Shown: one piece after another, positions 28,464 through 38,134 of the stretch
Layout: every line of letters starts with the position of its first letter
Position numbering within the stretch: position 1 is the stretch's first letter
Virus record (IMG/VR): IMGVR_UViG_3300034021_000250
Span: 1 to 57,086 of that record
Direction: 5' to 3' (one strand)
From: a virus
Lineage: Duplodnaviria > Caudoviricetes
Length of the DNA stretch: 57,086 nt
Position numbers and translations under genes: made by a program
Notes under the pieces: generated by a model
What the model was told of the DNA's origin: nothing
Databases searched by the model: none
The model's input: the letters and a program-made list of their open reading frames with translations, nothing else

Positions 28464-29106
28464 TAAACTCGCATCCTGTACAAGGACACCATGCCTTACA
28501 TAAGCCAGAAGGTTTAGGCTCCCACCTGTCTTTTGAATAAGCGTTTTCCATGCGTTGAACTCTTGGTAAAAAGTCCATCCACAGGAGGGGTATTTGTTTA
28601 CGTGTGAACACCTCTTGGTCGATTTTGTTATCTTTAAGCCATACGAAACCCGTTTTAACTTCTTCAACCCACGGGTACGTATGCATCGCCAATAAACCCA
28701 TCAACTTCAACTGGTCACTATCAGCTTTACGCTTACCAGTTTTCCAGTCAAATAAGTATGCTTTCTTAGTATCGACCATACCCAAGTCGACAATACCTCT
28801 AGCCCACGACTTACCCCATTCGGTAGGCGCAAAGTTACTATCAATCGACATCTTTTCTTCGACTAGACGACGACCTTCTCTTGCAATAATCTTATCAACC
28901 AGTGGCTCATAAGACTTAATAGCATCAGGTAATGGCTGCCCACTTTTAGCTCTGTTTTCTAGCGCTTGGTGGACGGTGTTTCCCCAAATTGTAGCCTCTG
29001 TCTGAGGCTCTTTAATTTCACGTGTTACCTTAGTCTGGTAGTAACGACGTGGACATGTTTCAAACGATGTTAAAGTACTATGACTCCACGGGGGCATTAT
29101 AGCCAT
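28438..29106 (-). CDS. PD-(D/E)XK exonuclease (Cas4/RecB-like)
   Basis: WSHS...CPRRY, GNTVH, RGIVDL...DWKTG, QL, C-terminal CxxxCxxxxC. Confidence 0.88.
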   Translation of the reverse strand: MAIMPPWSHSTLTSFETCPRRYYQTKVTREIKEPQTEATIWGNTVHQALENRAKSGQPLPDAIKSYEPLVDKIIAREGRRLVEEKMSIDSNFAPTEWGKSWARGIVDLGMVDTKKAYLFDWKTGKRKADSDQLKLMGLLAMHTYPWVEEVKTGFVWLKDNKIDQEVFTRKQIPLLWMDFLPRVQRMENAYSKDRWEPKPSGLCKAWCPCTGCEFNGRRSGKS

Positions 29107-29623
29107 TAGGTAATTCTCCATTGGATATGCGTTCATCAACCATCTGCCAGAACTCTAGCAAGACTTCATTACGCTCATCCGTTGTCAGCCTTTGCTTACC
29201 ATACCTATACTTCTTCATGTATTCCAGCCGCTCTTTTGCCCAAGCTTGTTCAAGAAACTTAAGGTACCCAAGGCGATCAACAACTTTACCGTTAGCCGCT
29301 TCATATACCCATAGAGCGCGGTTCATGCGCTCACGTCTGCTTGATTGCATGTCGCGTGTTAGCAGCGTTCTATATACCGCATGCACGTCAACTTTCGCCT
29401 GACCACCTAGAGAATCTCTAATCGCTTTTGTGTACTCCACAAATGTAGCGGAGTCGTCAACGAACGCCTCTAGTGCGCCTTTCAGCTTCGCATGTTGCTT
29501 GGGTAAAACAAAAGTGCTACTTCCAACTTTCTTGTACGTCTGGATATATGCATCAGTAAGGTTAAGCCATTTTGCTGGGCTTTCTTGCTCCAATAACCAG
29601 TCGGTAAACTCTTTCAGGGCCAT
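29078..29623 (-). CDS. Hypothetical helical protein with its own promoter
   Basis: SD AAGGAGG; upstream TTTACA-17bp-TAGATT and operator-like site 29708-29723. Confidence 0.7.
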   Translation of the reverse strand: MALKEFTDWLLEQESPAKWLNLTDAYIQTYKKVGSSTFVLPKQHAKLKGALEAFVDDSATFVEYTKAIRDSLGGQAKVDVHAVYRTLLTRDMQSSRRERMNRALWVYEAANGKVVDRLGYLKFLEQAWAKERLEYMKKYRYGKQRLTTDERNEVLLEFWQMVDERISNGELPNGYNAPVES

Positions 29624-29726
29624 TTGATGACCTCCTTATAATATGTCAATTAAAAGTAAACTCGCATATTATTATTATCTAGCAAATCTATCATAAAATG
29701 TTCATGTTGTAAACATCTTAACACGT

Positions 29727-31538
29727 TTACTTTGCGTCTGCGTATGATTTTCCAAAGTTGGCTTCTGCTGCTAACGGAATTTCAGGCCACCATTCTGGCG
29801 ACGTTGACATCACCTTGACCATCCATTCAGCTGCTTCTTCGGCCTCATTCTCTGGAACTAGTGCGACGACTTCATCATGCACTTGTAACTTAACCTCGTA
29901 TTTCTTAGCAATCTCCATCCATTGTTCAGCAATGATGTTTCTCGCTAGATGTTGGCAAATGTTCTCAACGATTTTACCCCCATAAACTTTCACAGGCTCA
30001 ACAGTCTTGAACTTCTTAGTATCGTACACCCAACCTTCAGATGTCCTTCTTAGGTTTGGATAATAGATTTGGTTTTGTGGTGGAGTGACCAACCCCTTCT
30101 TATTAGTGTGAATCATGTTACCGATCGTGTAGTCGGCACCGGTTGAGATTGCAGCTAGTGCTTTGTCTGCGCTCTTCCATAGCTGTGGTATCGCATAGTA
30201 CGTATCACGCCATAAGTTAACGATGCGCTCTGCTTCATCGTCTGGTACATCTTTACCTTTTGATAGTAGTCGTACAGTCTCTTTGAACTTACGCCATGAC
30301 ATGCCATACCCTAGACCTAAGTGGGCAACCTTACCCATGAAACGTTCGTCTTTATCTTCTTTGGTAATCTCACGACCGTACAACATAGATGCAAACTGAC
30401 AGTACAAGTCTTCACCTCTACGTAATGCTTCAATAGATTCCTGTTGACCTGCTAAGGTGTGGTTCACACGAAGCTCGATGTTAGAACTATCGCATGCTAC
30501 TAATACAAATCCTTCCGGTGCTTTAATCGCTCTTCGTATGTTTCCGCCCCTAGGCAGATTCTGAAGATTAACCTTGTCGGCTCCAGACCACCGCATAGTA
30601 GTGACAGCGCCAGCGTAATTGAGCGGTACAGGCATCGGGCCTCGCTTCGCCATGCCAAGGAACATTTCCGTACGGGTTTCTTCGATAGTAGATTTAACGC
30701 CCAGTCTCGCCGCAACTGCTGCTTGGACGCTAGGGTTCTTGTGTTCGAGTAGTGCAGTAAATGCTTTGTCAGTTTTTCCAAACGCATAGGTGTCCTTACC
30801 TGTTGCAGCTGATACTTTAAGTGGTGGTTCAACACCTAGGTTACGTAGTACCTCAGCAAATTTAGGGTTAGACATAATCTCGTCCTTACCAAAATCAACG
30901 CTGCCTAATAGCTCTTCTTTCTTAGTGCGTACCTCATTAAGGTGGTTCTCAAGGATGTCTGCATCCAGCTCTAGTTTAGGCTCAGTAAACATGCGAACTG
31001 TTAAATCAATTAACTTCATCTCACGCGCTGGTGTTAGCGGGTATAGGCGCTTGAAAAGCTGGTACGTTAGCTCTACGTCGTTCTTACAATACTCACCGTA
31101 CTTAGCAAGTTCTTCAGGTGTGAAGTCTTCAAGGCGTTTACCTAACGCATCTAGAACCTCAGTACCTTTTTGACCAATACCAAAGTGTTCGGCTAATGCT
31201 TTGAGTGAACCGCCTACATGGGTTCCAAAATGCGGACGTGCCATAGACAATGTATCAACAATAAGTGCCGGCTTAAGACCTAGTCTCCACTGCACGATTG
31301 CCAAATCAAATATAGCGTTATGCGCTATGACAGTGTTACCGTTAACGTATGGTGCTAAGGCTTCTGCATAATCCAAATCGTTATCGAATGAGAACCAAAC
31401 AGTTTCGTTGTTACCTTCTTTAACAGCACACCCAATGATTTGAAAGTTGTCGTCACGGATGTACTGCTCTGTTGTATGCGAACGAAACCCCAAGTCTTTA
31501 CTGTAGTAGGTTTCAAAGTCGATCACGACTGGCTTCAT
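29727..31538 (-). CDS. polA: Family A DNA polymerase with 3'-5' exonuclease
   Basis: IDFETY, HNAIFD, NLQNLP, DSSNIELRV, RFMGKVAHLGLGYG, QVHDE. Confidence 0.95.
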   Translation of the reverse strand: MKPVVIDFETYYSKDLGFRSHTTEQYIRDDNFQIIGCAVKEGNNETVWFSFDNDLDYAEALAPYVNGNTVIAHNAIFDLAIVQWRLGLKPALIVDTLSMARPHFGTHVGGSLKALAEHFGIGQKGTEVLDALGKRLEDFTPEELAKYGEYCKNDVELTYQLFKRLYPLTPAREMKLIDLTVRMFTEPKLELDADILENHLNEVRTKKEELLGSVDFGKDEIMSNPKFAEVLRNLGVEPPLKVSAATGKDTYAFGKTDKAFTALLEHKNPSVQAAVAARLGVKSTIEETRTEMFLGMAKRGPMPVPLNYAGAVTTMRWSGADKVNLQNLPRGGNIRRAIKAPEGFVLVACDSSNIELRVNHTLAGQQESIEALRRGEDLYCQFASMLYGREITKEDKDERFMGKVAHLGLGYGMSWRKFKETVRLLSKGKDVPDDEAERIVNLWRDTYYAIPQLWKSADKALAAISTGADYTIGNMIHTNKKGLVTPPQNQIYYPNLRRTSEGWVYDTKKFKTVEPVKVYGGKIVENICQHLARNIIAEQWMEIAKKYEVKLQVHDEVVALVPENEAEEAAEWMVKVMSTSPEWWPEIPLAAEANFGKSYADAK

Positions 31539-31540
31539 GT

Positions 31541-31879
31541 TTATCCCTTATCAAGTTGTGACAGAACCATTGAACTAACGAACTTTGTTTTAAGTTCTTC
31601 AACATCTTTTGCAATGAATTTTTTAGTACGTTGGTTTGATTTAGATACATGTAATACGTACCCGTCTTCAGTCTTTTCAACGCGCATGTCCCAGAAGTCT
31701 GGCATTGGTGTTGCGTGTGATGCTGCATATGGGTTAGCTTGCATAGCCTGTGCTTGTGCGTACTGGTTAGCTATTGCGGTAGATACTGCCATGTTCGATG
31801 CTCCATATGGTGGTGGCGGAGGTGGAATCATTACTTTGCCTATCATCAGTTTTTCCTTGATATTCTTTAGCCATTTCAC
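31541..31879 (-). CDS. Hypothetical protein
   Basis: In-operon ORF. Confidence 0.6.
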   Translation of the reverse strand: MKWLKNIKEKLMIGKVMIPPPPPPYGASNMAVSTAIANQYAQAQAMQANPYAASHATPMPDFWDMRVEKTEDGYVLHVSKSNQRTKKFIAKDVEELKTKFVSSMVLSQLDKG

Positions 31880-32025
31880 TGCGTTACCCTCAAGTCGTTC
31901 ATTTCGATTTCACGTTGTGTGTCGTCTGGTAGCTGCACGATTACCGTGTCAGGAAAATGCCCACGCTTAAGCACTTCAACAACGCACTCTAACGAGTTAC
32001 TCCAGCACCACTTAGGTATCTTCAT
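31876..32025 (-). CDS. Small hypothetical protein
   Basis: Likely start MKIPKW downstream of GAGGAG-like sequence; beta-rich. Confidence 0.5.
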   Translation of the reverse strand: MKIPKWCWSNSLECVVEVLKRGHFPDTVIVQLPDDTQREIEMNDLRVTQ

Positions 32026-32026
32026 A

Positions 32027-32221
32027 CTATTTGCCACGCCGCCTCTCCTCTTCCCAGCTACGGGTGCATGTGGCATCACACCAACGACGTCCCAGTACTG
32101 GCTCATCACAATATAAACACCTTCCAGTTTCTTCAGCCTCTGGTGTCAAATTTATTTGACTAAGGCTACTCTGCAAGGCAGCTTCAGCAAGGTCATTAGC
32201 TAAATCTACTTCATCACTCAC
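32027..32221 (-). CDS. TraR/DksA-like C4 zinc-finger protein
   Basis: MSDEVDLANDLAE...CLYC...WCDATC. Confidence 0.65.
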   Translation of the reverse strand: MSDEVDLANDLAEAALQSSLSQINLTPEAEETGRCLYCDEPVLGRRWCDATCTRSWEEERRRGK

Positions 32222-32427
32222 GTCTAAGACCTTTCTTGTTGTTTCTGTTATTTTTTCTAGTGACGCTACTAATGAACATCCCGAACATAACGCCGTATAA
32301 AAATGCTACGGAGTAGCACATTACGTACTCAAAAATTTTATGCATCATAAGAATCACCAGTGATGTACTACGTTAATGATTAGAACTATGTCAGCGATTG
32401 CAGCCAACCCTAGGATTATCCAATCTC

Positions 32428-32571
32428 TCATTTCTTGTTCTTTTTGCTAGTTAAACTAAATCCTGATGTACGTGTAAAACATCCGTCACATAAATGTTTG
32501 ATTCGACCTAACGTATCTTTCTTAGTACGCGTAGCTACAGCGCTTCTACATGATTGGCAATACTTAACCAT
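32428..32571 (-). CDS. Small zinc-ribbon protein
   Basis: CQSC...CDGC; SD GGAGG. Confidence 0.5.
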   Translation of the reverse strand: MVKYCQSCRSAVATRTKKDTLGRIKHLCDGCFTRTSGFSLTSKKNKK

Positions 32572-33220
32572 TCGATACCTCCATAACAGCTTGCCAGCAC
32601 ACAGGTAGTTCACGTGTTAACACGTCGCTGATTTGTTGTGCGATTAGACGGTGTTCTTTCTGTGTTGACGCATCCATACGCACTTGGCAGTAATGCATCC
32701 AGCTGCGAATAGAACCTTTCATGTACATGCGAGTAGTGGTCAAACCTTCTGGCAACACGGAACGAGCAACCTCTTTAGCGATACCCAAGTCTAACGCACG
32801 TTGATATGCGCCATTAGTAATGCTAACCACGATAGCTTGTAGCTCGTTGAACTCGGCTGCTAGTAACTCGTCATCAGTCACGATACTGTTCTGACGGTTC
32901 TTAGTGTCTTGAAGACGTGCTTCACGTAACTGACTAGCCGGCAACTGTTCTACCTTTTGGTAGCGTTGGCTAAACTCTTGGAATGAGAACGAACGATGTC
33001 GCAACATCTGACGAGCAATATCACGTGTCGTAGTGATTTCAAAACATGCGTCTACCATCTCAAAAGGCGACCAATGTTTGTGGTCAACCATGTACTTGAT
33101 AATCTTACCGCCTGTATCATGGCTCTCTTGGTTGGCTGGGTTAGATACACGTGCCATGTAAGCAATTAACTTCTCTGCTTTAGGCGTTATCCACACTAGT
33201 TTTACGTTCTTTTCTTCCAC
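32564..33220 (-). CDS. thyX: FAD-dependent thymidylate synthase
   Basis: HWSPFE, RHRSFSFQEFSQRY, EVARSVLP, QKEHR. Confidence 0.96.
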   Translation of the reverse strand: MEEKNVKLVWITPKAEKLIAYMARVSNPANQESHDTGGKIIKYMVDHKHWSPFEMVDACFEITTTRDIARQMLRHRSFSFQEFSQRYQKVEQLPASQLREARLQDTKNRQNSIVTDDELLAAEFNELQAIVVSITNGAYQRALDLGIAKEVARSVLPEGLTTTRMYMKGSIRSWMHYCQVRMDASTQKEHRLIAQQISDVLTRELPVCWQAVMEVSNG

Positions 33221-33420
33221 ATTTCTTCCTTAATGAATTCGTTGTATTGTGCCTGTAGTGCTTCCGCATTTACGTTTAGTTTTTTTGCTGTGAACGCTAA
33301 CATGCACCCACTAAAACCTTTAAGGAATTTAACTTCCTGACTTAACTTATAAGCGCCGCGGATCAATATCGCAATAACACCAATTGATAAGATGTTAAGA
33401 CCTATTAAGTATGTTTCCAT
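33202..33420 (-). CDS. Small membrane-anchored protein
   Basis: N-terminal TM helix; SD AAGGAG. Confidence 0.6.
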   Translation of the reverse strand: METYLIGLNILSIGVIAILIRGAYKLSQEVKFLKGFSGCMLAFTAKKLNVNAEALQAQYNEFIKEEMWKKRT

Positions 33421-33640
33421 GTCTGCTCCTTTAGGGCGTCTTCAGCTGCTTTTTTAACAGCTTCCTTATCCGCTATGTCTTGCAGTTCTTGTTCGTGCCT
33501 CCACATATCTTTACCAACGGCATCCCACCAATCGTCGCCTCGTTTAGACACGTCTCCACCCTCCTGTAAGTACGGCGTGCCTACCTGTTGTGTACAAGTA
33601 AACAGATGTACGTAACCATTGTTTCTGCATGTGAAAAGAC

Positions 33641-34006
33641 TCAGGATAAAACGTCTTCGCTTTCGTCTTCAACTGCCACAAATCTATGTTTCCCATTTTT
33701 ATTCGCTCCTATAGTTCGCCAGTTCTTATGCAACCCGTTTAACACTCGATCAGGTGCAAATCCCAAGACGTCACATATCCAAATAAAAGACCCTATCTTA
33801 GTAGAGTCGTCATAAAACCAGCGTTTTGCGCTGGCGCCAATGTGATAATTTTCGTTCATTACAGCTGGCTTTCTACCGCCATTTGCTCTGAGATAGTATG
33901 CGTAATCATTCAAATGAATCATTAGTTTTGCTGCCCACAACCTACGTACAGCTCTAACATCAGCACCCGTCTGTTCGTCGTAGTAGTTATCTTCTAGCTG
34001 AAGCAT
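33641..34006 (-). CDS. Conserved hypothetical protein, possible regulator
   Basis: RRLWAA...AKRWF...SFIWICDVLG; own promoter and SD GGGAGG. Confidence 0.65.
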   Translation of the reverse strand: MLQLEDNYYDEQTGADVRAVRRLWAAKLMIHLNDYAYYLRANGGRKPAVMNENYHIGASAKRWFYDDSTKIGSFIWICDVLGFAPDRVLNGLHKNWRTIGANKNGKHRFVAVEDESEDVLS

Positions 34007-34024
34007 AAAATACTATCCCTCCCT

Positions 34025-34051
34025 TGTCAACATGTTAACAACATTATATCA
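34025..34051 (-). promoter_or_regulatory. Extended -10 promoter with operator over +1
   Basis: Minus strand TGATATAAT (34043-34051); TGTCAACATGTTAACA at 34025-34040. Confidence 0.65.
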
Positions 34052-34380
34052 GTTATTGTTTTGAAATTGCTGCTGGTTAACACGTTCACGTGCGTCACGT
34101 TCAGCTTCCCGATGGATACGCTCGTAGGCTTTGACAATGTCCCGTCCTAATTCTTCGTTGCTTAACTTCAAAAGGTTCGAGGCATTTACATACCTACCAA
34201 GCATCTCGTAGTGTTTACGTTCCATCATGGATTACCCCCCTAATCTCGTGGATGTTCCCATACCGGTCTTTCAAACTTGCAACGCATTCTTTGGCTTGTG
34301 GCTTTTGACCTTGGATTATCACCAGAATAAAACATGCGACAAGTATTCCGCAGAATACAGCGGTAACATTTACGTTACTA

Positions 34381-34695
34381 TCATTCATTTTTTATCTCCA
34401 TAACGTGTTGGTACGACCTTAACACTTGTTCGGCTTGACCCTTGACTATTACAGTGCGAGGTAAATGATTACCTGTTGTACCGTCCCAATCAGCAAACTC
34501 TTTGTCGTAATAATTTATTTTGCATAACTTAGGAAAGTTGCTCTGTAATAGTTCAAGTTCGTTAGCCCACTCTTGCCATTGGTCGTCAGAAATTATTGGT
34601 TGATCGCTCTCATAATAAAGGTACGAATGCACGAGCATCTGCGCTCTACGTCGTCTAATCAGCGCTTTGATGTCAGCTTCGCTAACTTTATTCAT
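34381..34695 (-). CDS. Stand-alone NAD-dependent DNA ligase subdomain Ia-like protein
   Basis: HSYLYYESDQPIISDDQWQ matches the LigA N-terminal YY..D.P.ISD pattern. Confidence 0.7.
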   Translation of the reverse strand: MNKVSEADIKALIRRRRAQMLVHSYLYYESDQPIISDDQWQEWANELELLQSNFPKLCKINYYDKEFADWDGTTGNHLPRTVIVKGQAEQVLRSYQHVMEIKNE

Positions 34696-35054
34696 GCTAG
34701 GCGCATAACTTCGACTACAGTATGGTCTTTGTTCACTGTTGTAGTGGCTGCCTCAGCACCCCATACACGATTAGTCCAACCACACAATGCGCTACGTAAT
34801 GACTCGGCTTTGAAGTCACCGGCTGGGATAGCGGCAACATCACCTACTTCCATGTCTTTAACGTATGTTTCTAAGTGTGCTGTCAACGCGCCATGAGGAT
34901 ACGCTGAAGGTGCGCGAGTATGTTTACCACCAGTTACTACCTTGCCATCTTGGAACGTTACCTTATAGGTAGCATCTAGACTGTTTAGTAGTTTGATAGC
35001 GTTTTCTGCTGCGATTTTTTGTAACTTCTCGTTTTGTTGAAGAGTTGCATTCAT
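34692..35054 (-). CDS. Hypothetical protein
   Basis: In-operon ORF with SD AAGGAG. Confidence 0.65.
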   Translation of the reverse strand: MNATLQQNEKLQKIAAENAIKLLNSLDATYKVTFQDGKVVTGGKHTRAPSAYPHGALTAHLETYVKDMEVGDVAAIPAGDFKAESLRSALCGWTNRVWGAEAATTTVNKDHTVVEVMRLA

Positions 35055-35066
35055 TCTTACTGCTCC

Positions 35067-35408
35067 TTAGATAGTGAGTCCTGAGACTTTTTCTTTAATA
35101 AAACCTACTACACCTACATGCTCGATGCGTAGCATCTGAGCGGTATTCAACCATGTGATTGAATTCTTATCGGTCGGCATTAGTTGAGACTTATGTTTAG
35201 ACGTTGTTCTGCTATACCTATCGTCGTTGCCATACCATTGTTTTGTTTCTCTAGACCAAATGTATAGTGGGAAGTGTCTGCCGTACGAATACACTCCGTA
35301 ATCGCTTTTTTCTTCCTCACCAATCCACATACCTTTAGTGTTAGAGCCTTGAAATTCCTTTCGCCACATGACGTGGCTGCGTGCATCTTTGTTAGCTACC
35401 CTTAACAT
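35067..35408 (-). CDS. Hypothetical early protein
   Basis: YGVYSYG.HFP...YSRTTSKH; SD AGGAG. Confidence 0.7.
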   Translation of the reverse strand: MLRVANKDARSHVMWRKEFQGSNTKGMWIGEEEKSDYGVYSYGRHFPLYIWSRETKQWYGNDDRYSRTTSKHKSQLMPTDKNSITWLNTAQMLRIEHVGVVGFIKEKVSGLTI

Positions 35409-35416
35409 GTTAACTC

Positions 35417-36100
35417 CTAAACAACTTCAACATAAGGCACATCAAAAACTACACGTCCAGCACTCACACCATTACGTGCAATACGAGCGCGGGCATATTC
35501 ATTAAGCTCACCAAATGCCTGAGCTGCCGACTTACCATCAGCTACAAGGGTAAGTAAATCTTTGTAGTCGAATTGATAGTTGTCCCAGCATTGGTTGTTC
35601 TTGTCATTTAACTTAACGAACACGGTGCATAGCTTACGTAGGTCACGTATCCATTTACGTTCTGTTGCATCTAGTTTACGTGGCTCGGAAATAACAATAG
35701 GCGCTGTACCTTGAGGCTTAGACTTTGCACTGTTAAACCATGCTACTGCACGACGTAAGTGGTCTGGTCGTTCCTCAGCTTTACCCCATTTACGTGCAAG
35801 ATTGACGGTGTGCTTAGTATCTAGGTCAACCAATAAATTAGGTGAACCGTTAGCCATTAGCCAAGCCTTTGGTACGATACGTCCATCAGGTAACATGTAT
35901 TTGTACTTAACATCACGCGGTGTGAATACTTCTAAGTTCAATTCGCTGTAAACCATTCGATCGCTAGGTGTCCAACGAGTATTAGTAGTCATCAGTTCGC
36001 CTGTTTCGAACTGCACAAAGTTATTGTGTCCAACGTGTGTGTGAAATGCGTTGTAACTATCCCAACGACGATATGCTTTGCTAAAGTCAGTAAGTTTCAT
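35417..36100 (-). CDS. Hypothetical early protein
   Basis: 227-aa in-operon ORF. Confidence 0.7.
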   Translation of the reverse strand: MKLTDFSKAYRRWDSYNAFHTHVGHNNFVQFETGELMTTNTRWTPSDRMVYSELNLEVFTPRDVKYKYMLPDGRIVPKAWLMANGSPNLLVDLDTKHTVNLARKWGKAEERPDHLRRAVAWFNSAKSKPQGTAPIVISEPRKLDATERKWIRDLRKLCTVFVKLNDKNNQCWDNYQFDYKDLLTLVADGKSAAQAFGELNEYARARIARNGVSAGRVVFDVPYVEVV

Positions 36101-36112
36101 GTCAGTAATTCC

Positions 36113-36298
36113 TTATTCAATAAGTGCTAAATCGTATATGCTTGACTGTGGTTCAATAGATTCGAATTCTGTAAATGCACCGCTTCTGCAAATGTGTTGT
36201 GCCTGTGCATAGGCGTCTTCGTAATCGTCGGCTTCTACTTCAATCTCATAAAACAATCTGCTCTCAACAGTTAGTTTGTAGCGTTGCGTCATACCCAC
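36113..36298 (-). CDS. Small acidic protein (DpnD/PcfM-like)
   Basis: YEIEVEADDYEDAYAQA. Confidence 0.55.
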   Translation of the reverse strand: MGMTQRYKLTVESRLFYEIEVEADDYEDAYAQAQHICRSGAFTEFESIEPQSSIYDLALIE

Positions 36299-36301
36299 CC
36301 C

Positions 36302-36439
36302 CTACTTAATGTCGTCATCGCCATAACGTGTATTCAAATCCATACGCAGATACAGCATCAGTTGTACGATACGAGTTTCCAAGCGTGTAATACGCTCTAA
36401 TAATTCTTGTGCTAATTGCTTATCTGTTTTTCCAAACAT
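36302..36439 (-). CDS. Small hypothetical protein (45 aa, not in the ORF track)
   Basis: MFGKTDKQLAQELLERITRLETR...; SD AGGAG. Confidence 0.5.
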   Translation of the reverse strand: MFGKTDKQLAQELLERITRLETRIVQLMLYLRMDLNTRYGDDDIK

Positions 36440-36448
36440 GTTGCTCTC

Positions 36449-36841
36449 CTAAAATTCGTTACCGATTGATTGATTAACGTGTAAAAAATAATTCACATCG
36501 TCACCGCCAGTTTCTTCTTCTATATCACCGTTTTCTTCACCAATACGAATGAACTCGTACGATAAACCGCTTTCTTCAGCGTCAGCTAACAGTGCATGCC
36601 ATGCCTTAACATCGTCATAGTCTTCGTACCATTTCCATGAGTCGTCACCGCTGTCTAAGTGAATGAACTTAATTACCTCTGTACTTGATGTGACGTCTTT
36701 CCAATCCTTTTCAAAGATATGTAAGTGTTCTTTGAACTCATCAAACACGGGGTTGCCTACTACCTTGTGCTTAACTAAGAATGCGTTTACCTTAGCAACT
36801 TCACCATAGATAACGCTTTGTACTTGGCTTCTGTATCCCAT
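36449..36841 (-). CDS. Conserved phage early protein
   Basis: MGYRSQV...WKWY...FIRIGEE.GD.E pattern. Confidence 0.7.
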   Translation of the reverse strand: MGYRSQVQSVIYGEVAKVNAFLVKHKVVGNPVFDEFKEHLHIFEKDWKDVTSSTEVIKFIHLDSGDDSWKWYEDYDDVKAWHALLADAEESGLSYEFIRIGEENGDIEEETGGDDVNYFLHVNQSIGNEF

Positions 36842-36850
36842 GATGACTCC

Positions 36851-37372
36851 TTAGAACATCCAATTACGTGAGCCGTGTTTAGTAATATCTAGCTCAACTT
36901 CATTAACATCACCAGACTCGATACCATTAGCTAGCTCAACCAACTCTTCTGTGATTGGTATCTCAACTTCTTTAGCGATACGTTTTAGAAGCGGTGGTGG
37001 GATGTCGTAGAAGTATCCGTTTTCTTTTTTGTTCTTAACGTTTTCAATCATGCTTCGTAAATACCAATCGTCACGTTGCCCCATAGTTAACTTAGCCGCT
37101 ACTGCTGCAGACTCCATCAAGTTAAAGAAGCTATCGTCATGCATGTTTTCCCAACGGATTGAGTTGTCACTGATAGCCAAGTACGGGATGTCGTGTTTCA
37201 AGATAAGGTTCATAGCAATACGTGTTGGTACGCCATTCATACCGCCTACAGATACACCTGTACGAAGTGTCTTAACCAAACGGTTCTTTTGGATTTTGCC
37301 TAGCCTGTCGATGTCGTATGTCATCTTGATGCTTTTGGCTTTGCGAATGTGTGATACTGGAATGTTAAACAT
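36851..37372 (-). CDS. Hypothetical early protein, paralogue A
   Basis: Shares LGKIQKNRL with the next gene. Confidence 0.7.
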   Translation of the reverse strand: MFNIPVSHIRKAKSIKMTYDIDRLGKIQKNRLVKTLRTGVSVGGMNGVPTRIAMNLILKHDIPYLAISDNSIRWENMHDDSFFNLMESAAVAAKLTMGQRDDWYLRSMIENVKNKKENGYFYDIPPPLLKRIAKEVEIPITEELVELANGIESGDVNEVELDITKHGSRNWMF

Positions 37373-37393
37373 AATCTAGCTCCTGTTAGTAAG

Positions 37394-37894
37394 TTATAGT
37401 CCGTCTTCAGCGTTGATTGAAATAACACCAGCGACTCCGCTTTCTAAGTCGGCGATGATTTTGTCTAGCTTGTCGTTAGAACGAAGTGCATGTGCAGTAA
37501 AGATTGTCTTCATGGCTTTCTTAGAGAAGCCCCAGCTTTCTGCTTTTGGCATACGATATTTGATAGCGTCGAACCCTTCAGTGCGATAGCTGTTCTCGTA
37601 ACCTCTATCTAGCTTTGTAGCTACTGCCACAACATCTAGCACTTTGAAGTCCTCTTCTTTATCAAGCCCAGACCAACGTAACCCGCTGTAATACTTGTGA
37701 CGTACAACTGGTGCATCACACGTTGACCTAATACCATGCGCGATACGCGCTGGCAGACCGTCCCCATAAACACAGCCAGACTTAAGCTGTTTGATTAGTC
37801 TGTTCTTTTGAATTTTGCCTAGCTTATCGACATCAATATCAATCGTTATGCTTTTAGCTATGTTAATAAAATCTTGCGGAATGTTTAGAGCCAT
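37394..37894 (-). CDS. Hypothetical early protein, paralogue B
   Basis: Shares NIP...AKSI...LGKIQKNRL with the previous gene. Confidence 0.7.
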   Translation of the reverse strand: MALNIPQDFINIAKSITIDIDVDKLGKIQKNRLIKQLKSGCVYGDGLPARIAHGIRSTCDAPVVRHKYYSGLRWSGLDKEEDFKVLDVVAVATKLDRGYENSYRTEGFDAIKYRMPKAESWGFSKKAMKTIFTAHALRSNDKLDKIIADLESGVAGVISINAEDGL

Positions 37895-38134
37895 TTAATT
37901 TCCCCTGTTAGTAAGTTTGTATGTGACTAGTACGTACTTCTTTGCATCTTCCGAGTTACTGAAAAATGTTCCTGCCCATTTGTGGATACATACTCCACCC
38001 CAGAACTGCTTATCTGGGTCTGTCTTAAACGACTCTTCAACTACACCGCCAACGATGTTGTCGTCTTTGTCGTAAACGAAGTTCCAAATACTGTCGCCTC
38101 GGCGTTCGAACCTCCATGTCATGTCATCATGCAT
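37895..38134 (-). CDS. Hypothetical protein
   Basis: In-operon ORF. Confidence 0.55.
   Translation of the reverse strand: MHDDMTWRFERRGDSIWNFVYDKDDNIVGGVVEESFKTDPDKQFWGGVCIHKWAGTFFSNSEDAKKYVLVTYKLTNRGN

Noticed and set aside
26559-31538. Z-genome or 7-deazaguanine modification pathway
   Set aside because: No purZ, que or dpdA genes recognisable; only the DUF5664-like enzyme
31541-38134. Shared V-x-x-K-L helix motif across several early proteins
   Set aside because: Too short to support by eye, and one instance (KLTNRG) is simply the translated start-associated 12-mer
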